Source: Octopus sinensis (taxonomy: Eukaryota). Taken from it: a stretch of 16,928 nt of DNA. Below, in pieces: positions 10,936-16,928 of the stretch. Each line of letters opens with the position of its first letter. The stretch's first letter is position 1. The stretch is from assembly GCF_006345805.1 (NCBI RefSeq), contig NW_021824975.1:1-16928 (forward strand), written 5' to 3'. The notes below the pieces were generated by a model. That model was not told the origin of the DNA. It saw only the letters and a list, made by a program, of their open reading frames with translations, and searched no databases. Both the position numbers and the translations under genes were made by a program.

Positions 10936-11079
10936 TCTAGCCAGTTAAGAAGCTTGTTTCACAGGTAGACTTGTTTAGGTTATATCTCGGAGCGAAAACC
11001 TGAGGAATTGTTTTCTAACGTAAACTAAGATTGAGCAATATATTCTAGATGGAATTTTGCTTGCATGCGCACTAATACA

Positions 11080-11089
11080 AACACACAGA

Positions 11090-11145
<56 letters not shown>

Positions 11146-11158
11146 TTCACGCACATAC

Positions 11159-11212
<54 letters not shown>

Positions 11213-11572
11213 ATCATGGTGGCTTAGTATGCATTCACTGATTAATTCCAGCATTTTAAAGCTTTCCACACCCCAGCAAATTTATTCATTGCTGTTTACA
11301 TATTACTACGGTTTCCGTAGTTGATGAAATATAACGACCTATAAGTACGTGTTCTACTGTCAGGTGACGCAATTTACAGCTCAGTTCCGTGTGATTCGCA
11401 CACATTGTCTGTAAAGAGAACTCTTTCAGTGCAATTAACACAGCAAACTTTTATTTTCAGATTTGATTCTATGTAAATTATAAAAGTACATATGTGCTTT
11501 ATTTTGAGCATTGCTATCAGTGTGCTATCGTACATACACACACCACACATACACACATATATATAGTATATA

Positions 11573-11657
<85 letters not shown>
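11080..11657. repeat. (CA)n tract (~11095-11210) and (TA)n tract (~11567-11657) separated by unique sequence
   Basis: Read directly. Confidence 0.9.
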
Positions 11658-11659
<2 letters not shown>

Positions 11660-11662
<3 letters not shown>

Positions 11663-12021
11663 ATCGCAGTTTGTCGGTGTGTGTTCTGTGTGTCTGTTTG
11701 GTTGTACCCTCACCCTGACCACTACTTTCAACCGATTCTGATGAAACTTAACACACACATAGCCCAATGTCATAATTCAAAACTAACGCAGCGAAAATTT
11801 TGAAAAGTTCCCCCAGTTCTGAAAAAAATCGATAATTCGACATGGGGTCGAGAATCAAAACACAAACCACAGACTGTCATGGGGAGGCAACTCGACCTTT
11901 TTAACTCAAAAAAAAATTTACCATAATTTTTTTTCATTTTTTTTTGCTATTTTTTGGCTATAACTCTCTAAAAATGCTTTATAGTTATTTCCCTTAAAAC
12001 TGAGCAGCACGCGCGGATATA

Positions 12022-12025
<4 letters not shown>
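11660..12025 (+). mobile_element. Possible non-autonomous Helitron/HINE (DINE-1-like) element
   Basis: Lies between two (TA)n tracts. It starts with short TG/TC repeats, then TTTCAACCGATTCTGATGAAACTT (resembles the CCGATTTTGATGAAA core of DINE/HINE-type elements, from recall), a T-rich segment, and a short GC-rich motif GAGCAGCACGCGCGGATATATACTA at the 3' end. Single copy here; the terminal hairpin and CTAG are degenerate. Confidence 0.4.
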
Positions 12026-12068
<43 letters not shown>

Positions 12069-12496
12069 AATATGTTACATTACTCGGTAGTCAAGATAAA
12101 CTCTGAGTTTCAGATGCCGAAGTGTAAATCCACAACACCATCCCTTCGATTATCTGGCTATTTGAAAACGCTATGAAAATAACCGTTAAATAAAGGGAAA
12201 TTACTGTGTTATAACTCTGCTTGCCTGCGTACTTATACATCGCTCGCATTTTTCGTCATAAAAATTATATAAAAATATCTAAAAAATATATAAAAATATA
12301 TAAAAATATATAAATTCTTCTTGGGGCATAACATAGAAAGCATGTTCTATCTGTTTTCTTTAGGGGACCAAAAACGTAACAGAAATTTAGTCACATGTGG
12401 GCATGATCCGAAAAGCTCTGTCCTTGTATTTAGACATGTGGTAGGGTCTAAGCTGCTTTTCCAGATAAGCCATCTCTCCATGTCGCATAGACCGCA

Positions 12497-13123
12497 TGGC
12501 CTTCAATATAGGTAAATATTTCCTAGCACTGATAGATAGACATTTTCCAGTTAACCATACTTATAGGAAACTCTTCAATAGACACAATTTAAAAATTAGT
12601 TTTAGTTCAACTACCAATTTTAAAAACATAATCAAACATAACATACAAAAAACCAAGAAAACAGCTGTTCATGCAGGAATAAAGAATTGTGCCCGCTAAA
12701 TGGAGCTTGCATGTCCAAGACCATCATATATGAAGCTAACCGTAAACTCTATAACCACTAAAGACACACCGTTTCGACGAAGAAATACGTGGGCCTTACA
12801 GAGGGTAATTTCAAGGCCAGGTTCATAACCACACTTTGAGCTTTAGGCACTGGAACAAAAGAAAAGCGAACAATTATCTAATCATATTTGGTCTTTAAGA
12901 GATAAGGTGTCGATTATAACATACAATGGAAGATTTTGGCCAGATGTAAGCCCTATACCAACGGCAGCGGAAGGTGCGGTCTATACGACATGGAGAGATG
13001 GCTTATCTGGAAAAGCAGCTTAGACCCTACCACATGTCTAAATACAAGACAGAGCTTTTCGGATCATGCCCACATGTGACTAAATTTCTGTTACGTTTTT
13101 GGTCCCCTAAAGAAAACAGATAG
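12497..13123 (+). pseudogene. Frameshifted C-terminal fragment of a Penelope-like ORF (RT thumb/linker, Cys motif, GIY-YIG endonuclease)
   Basis: Reconstructed across ~6-7 one-base frameshifts: FNIGKYFLALIDRHFP..TYRKLFNRHNLKISFS; CSCRNKELCPLNGAC (12666-12710); IIYEA; KKYVGLTEGNFKARF (YVG 12786-12794); NHTLSFRH; LSNHIWSL; YNIQWKILARCKPY; CGL(Y/C)DME; CLNTR.ELFGSCPH..KFLL; TAG stop at 13121-13123. Confidence 0.85.
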
Positions 13124-13311
13124 AACATGCTTTCTATGTTTGTCCCAAGAAGAATTTATATATTTTTATATATTTTTATATATTTTTATGTATTTTTATA
13201 TAATTTTTATGACGAAAATGCGAGCGATGTATAGTACGCAGGCAAGCAGAGTTATAACACAGTAATTTCCCTTTATTTAACGGTATTTTTTCATAGCGTT
13301 TTCAAATAGCC

Positions 13312-13374
13312 AGATAACCGAAGAGATGGTGTTGTGGATTTCCACTTCGGCATCTGAAACTCAGAGTTTTATCT
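13312..13374 (+). ncRNA. Candidate minimal type-I hammerhead ribozyme with a variant core in the PLE 3' region
   Basis: Stem I AGATAA (13312-17) / TTATCT (13369-74); core CCGAAGA (13318-24, versus CUGANGA); stem II GATG...CATC with an inner GTGG-ATTT-CCAC hairpin; an extra T, then GAAA (13356-59); palindromic stem III ACTC-A-GAGT; H17 = T13368. Two deviations from consensus. Confidence 0.45.
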
Positions 13375-13476
13375 TGACTACCGAGTAATGTAACATATTA
13401 TTGTATAGATAAATTTCCTCTATTTACATAATATTGAGGTCTCTTTCTTTCTTTTGTTATCTTACCGTTTTATCAA

Positions 13477-13482
13477 TATATA

Positions 13483-13518
<36 letters not shown>

Positions 13519-13545
13519 TGTATGTATGTATGTATGTATGTATGT
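13477..13545. repeat. (TA)n(TATG)n microsatellite
   Basis: Read directly. Confidence 0.95.
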
Positions 13546-13553
13546 AGTATGCA

Positions 13554-13710
13554 AAAAAGTCAAGGAAGAAAATCCTAAAATAATTTTATTAAAACATTTT
13601 TCAGTACCGGTTTTCAGTCATTGAGACGTTTCGTTCGTCTCAATGACTGAAACCGGTACTGAAATGTTTTTTTATAAAATTATTTTTTGCATTCTCTACC
13701 TTGACTTTTT
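13554..13710. repeat. ~157-bp imperfect palindrome (fold-back) with a 7-nt loop
   Basis: AAAAAGTCAAGG...CAGTACCGGTTTTCAGTCATTGAGACG-tttcgtt-CGTCTCAATGACTGAAACCGGTACTG...CCTTGACTTTTT; loop at 13629-13635. Confidence 0.92.
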
Positions 13711-13754
13711 CCCATAAATATCAACTCGTGTGTTCCTTTTCAAGGAACGAGTCA

Positions 13755-13901
13755 TACCTGTATTTCAAAGGTCCAGCCTGAATCTTCCTGAGAACTACGT
13801 TAAGGGTACATGTGTCTTTGGAGTGCTCAGCTACATGCACGTTAATTTCACGAGCACTCTGTTCCGTTGATCGGATCAACTGGAACCCTTGTCGTCGTAA
13901 C
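13755..13901 (+). mobile_element. 3' fragment of a family C SINE
   Basis: Matches 6481-6650 (TACCTGTATTTCAAAGG...GAATCTTCCTGAGAACTACGTTAAGGGTACA...CACGTTAATTTCACGAGCA...GTTCCGTTGATCG) with a ~23-bp internal deletion; no head. Confidence 0.85.
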
Positions 13902-13989
13902 AGTTTTTAGTTTAGTGCGTGTGTTTCTGGTAAATATTTGTCAGTAACTTTCATTATCATCTTTGTCATTAATGCTGTTTTAATAGTAT

Positions 13990-14047
13990 TAGTCATAGTG
14001 GTAGTAGTCGCAGCTGCAGCAGCAGTATTAGTAGTAGAGTTAGTAAT

Positions 14048-14079
<32 letters not shown>

Positions 14080-14183
14080 TAGTAGTTGTAGTAGTAGTAG
14101 TAGTAGTAGTAGTTGTAGTAGTAGTTGTAGTAGCAATAGTAGGGTTATAGTAGTAGTAGTAGTAGTAGTAGTTGTAGTAGAAA

Positions 14184-14222
<39 letters not shown>

Positions 14223-14468
14223 CAACAATAGCAGTAGTTGTAGTAGCAGCAGTAGCATAGTAGTACTAGTAGTAACAGCAGCAGCAGGCAGGCAACAGCG
14301 CAGCGCAGAGCATCAGTAGTAGTGTAGTAGTAGTAGTAGTAGTAGTAGTATAGTAGTAGTAGTGTGGTTGTAGTAGTAGTAGTGGTTGTATAGTAGTAGT
14401 GGTTGTAGTAGTAGTAGTAGTAGTAGTAGTAGGAGCAGTAGCAGCAGTATTAGTAGTAGTAGTGGCAG

Positions 14469-14503
<35 letters not shown>

Positions 14504-14504
14504 T

Positions 14505-14549
<45 letters not shown>

Positions 14550-14861
14550 CAGCATAGCAGTAGCAGTTTTCGTTTTTGTTTGTAGTGGAGATTGTGTATG
14601 TAATGATAGGGAAGTTGATAATAATGCTTTTCCTGCTGATAGCTGTTTTGATCTTGATCTCGTTGTTGTTGTTGTCGTTGATGGTGGTGGCTGTGGTGGT
14701 GGTGGTGTTGGTGGTGGTGGTCGATGATGGAGACGGGGCTATTGTGAAGAGGTGGTACTGTAGTTGCTGGTTGTGTTAGTGTTATTGTTGTTTTTAGTCT
14801 TCATGTTGTTGTTGTTGTTGCTGGGCGTTGTTAATGCTATTGTTATGGTTATCGTTATTGC

Positions 14862-14892
<31 letters not shown>

Positions 14893-14900
14893 GCTGTTGG
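13990..14900. repeat. Compound (TAG)/(CAG)/(TTG)/(TGG) trinucleotide microsatellites
   Basis: Read directly; source of the poly-V, poly-S and poly-L ORFs. Confidence 0.95.
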
Positions 14901-14979
14901 TATTGCTTGAAGACACTTTCAGGATTAATGGTTTCGTTTGCTCTGGTTTCCGTTTGTCAAAATGTAGGGAAAACATAAC

Positions 14980-15345
14980 AGGAACAGAGAGAGAGAGAGG
15001 GGGGAGAATATGGAGAGAGAAAGAAGAAAAAGAAAGAGTGAGAGAGAGAGAGAGAAACGTTTGGGTCTGGAAAGAAAAAAAAGAAATATGAAGTTATTGA
15101 GGAAAAAAAGTAAATGAAAGACAGAGAAGAGTGAATGAGAGAGAGAAAGGGAATGAGACAGCGAGTGAGAGAGAGACAGAGAGAGAGAGAGAGGAAGAGG
15201 GAGTAAAAAAAAATAATGATTCAAAGACTGATAAAGCAACAAAGGAAAAAGGAAGAAAGAATGAAAAGAAAGAAAGAAAGAAAGAAGGAAAGAAAGAAAG
15301 AAAGAAGGAAGGAAAGAAATATGGAGAAACATAAAAAAAAGAAAA
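14980..15345. repeat. Purine-rich (GA)n/(GAAA)n low-complexity tract
   Basis: Read directly. Confidence 0.85.
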
Positions 15346-15377
15346 ATGAAGGTAAGGATCAACGAAAAGTAAAAACT

Positions 15378-15533
15378 GCGGCTGTGTGGTAAAATGCTTG
15401 CTTCCCTATCACATGGTTCTGGGTTCAGTACCACAGCGTAGCGCCTTGGGTTGGCCAAGTATCTTCTATTATAGCCTCGGGCCGACCTAAGGCTTATGAG
15501 TTGATTTGCTAGATGGAAACTGAAAGAAGCCCG
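15378..15533 (+). mobile_element. Diverged 5' half of a family A SINE
   Basis: GCGGCTGTGTGGTAAAATGCTTGCTT...GGGTTCAGTACCAC...TATAGCCTCGGGCCGACC...GGAAACTGAAAGAAGCCCG aligns with 2872-3025; it ends where the internal microsatellite would begin. Confidence 0.8.
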
Positions 15534-16024
15534 GCATTTCTAATTCTCTCTCTTCTCTTCCCATGTGACCGCCGGTTAGCCTAGCCTGTTCTTTCTTTCT
15601 TGGTCTGACCGCTGTCCGTGCAACATCGATATTCTTCCCTGTGTTTGTGAAATTTTTGTATCTCTGCCGTAAAGCTTCATTTCCACACGCGCCAGCTTAA
15701 TTCATCTCGTCCTTAGTCGAAAGACACCTGTTGTTATGTCCTGTTATTATTTTTATTGTATTTATTATTGTATTTATATTTGTGTAACATTGTCCGTTTT
15801 TTCCGACCTTGTTTTTGTATATGTTCACTGCTTTCTTCCAAGGAATCTAATGCTCTTAGCTTAGTTTTTCCTTGGGGCTGGCCAGATTGGAGCAATTTCA
15901 AGAATAATCAGCCGAAATGGCGAGGGTAATCTGGTACTTGACTGAGGAAATAAAACTTCGAATGACCCGTCCTTGCTTTCTTTGTATCGTCTATCTGGAT
16001 GTCTTGTTGTCCCTTTCTGATTTA

Positions 16025-16025
<1 letters not shown>

Positions 16026-16055
<30 letters not shown>

Positions 16056-16060
16056 CATAC

Positions 16061-16122
<62 letters not shown>

Positions 16123-16722
16123 AGAAAAAAAAGAAAGTGGAGATTGGGAAATTAATAATTGTTTATTATTAACAGTAAATTAATTAGTGGTGATGACGGT
16201 GGCGGTGGTGGTCGTGGTGCTGTTGCTGCTGCTGGTGTTAGTGGTGGTCGTTGTCGTCATCATCGTTGTCGCCGTTGTCGACGTCGTCGTCGTCGTCGTC
16301 GTTGTCGTCGTCGTCGTAGTAGTAGTAGGAGGAGGAGGAGGATAAGAAGATGAAGAAGAAGAAGAAGCGAGTAGACAGAAGAATACAATGAAAAAGAAAG
16401 CAAAACAGGGAAGAAGTCAGAGAGAAAGAAAATGGCATTAAAAAAAGGTGTCAATAAAGAAGACGGAATTTGGAGAAATTCAATAATTTCAATATCGATC
16501 TCTAAAGGAATTGAAATCCATAGAGGAGGGGGAGTGGGGGAGTGAATAGTTTAAATTAAACCTGTACTTCTCTCCTTCCCCTGACTGATCTCTACCACGC
16601 GTCATACCATCGTCCAGTTTATGAAAATTCATTTTGGTAGTCTAGGATATCTGTCTGTGCCCAGTCGCAGTAGCAGCAGCAGTGACAGTAGCAGTTGCGT
16701 GCGCGCTTGGTATGTTTGTGTA

Positions 16723-16753
<31 letters not shown>

Positions 16754-16883
16754 CGTTTGTGTGTATGTGTGAGGGCGTGTCTGCGTGTGCTTGTGTGTGT
16801 TTGCGTGGTTTGCGTGCGTATGTTATTTTAATAAGAACGGATGCGTGGAATCCTAATTAATGTTAATTTCGATGCATGATGAT

Positions 16884-16914
<31 letters not shown>

Positions 16915-16928
16915 GGATGATGATGATG
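16026..16928. repeat. Series of microsatellites: (TACA)n(TA)n, (GTC)n/(GAA)n, (GT)n, (GAT)n
   Basis: Tracts at ~16026-16117, 16190-16370, 16720-16800 and 16880-16928, with unique spacers. Confidence 0.9.

Larger units (their letters stand above)
12061..13407. repeat. Long inverted repeat: arms of 436 bp (12061-12496) and 433 bp (12975-13407), spacer 478 bp
   Basis: By-eye alignment shows only about a dozen differences, roughly half of them single-base indels. Confidence 0.97.
12061..13476 (+). mobile_element. 5'-truncated Penelope-like retroelement with an inverted copy of its 3' end (inverted pseudo-LTR arrangement)
   Basis: 12061-12496 is the reverse complement of 12975-13407. The spacer and right arm encode a PLE-type GIY-YIG C-terminus. 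A 69-nt unpaired extension (13408-13476) follows the right arm. (TA)n lies on both sides. Confidence 0.88.

Noticed and set aside
11305-11321. Hairpin ACTACGG-TTT-CCGTAGT
   Set aside because: A 7-bp stem is expected by chance in 17 kb; no context.
15942-15972. CTGAGGA...GAATGACCCGTC as another hammerhead
   Set aside because: The core box is present, but GAAA is GAAT, the A15.1-U16.1 pair cannot form and there is no stem I partner.

Overview
This is non-genic, repeat-saturated eukaryotic DNA. The SINE families and the extreme microsatellite load suggest a coleoid cephalopod, probably Octopus; this is inferred from recognition, not from a search. No host protein-coding exon can be supported, and nearly all ORFs in the track are microsatellite or SINE artefacts. 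Main content: (i) a decayed RTE-clade LINE (minus strand, ~1.1-2.6 kb) with a SINE inserted with a target-site duplication (TSD); (ii) a decayed L1/Tx1-like LINE (minus, ~5.0-7.8 kb; APE endonuclease plus RT) interrupted by two SINEs, one with a perfect 14-bp TSD; (iii) six full or partial tRNA-derived SINE copies, plus one headless fragment, from three families; (iv) a possible non-autonomous Helitron-like element. The most interesting feature is a Penelope-like retroelement (PLE) at 12061-13476. It has two ~435-bp inverted arms around a frameshifted GIY-YIG endonuclease fragment, and its 3' region carries a candidate minimal hammerhead ribozyme with a non-canonical core. About 80 bp downstream, a 157-bp palindrome carries the 3' half of a second hammerhead-like motif in the same fold-back topology.
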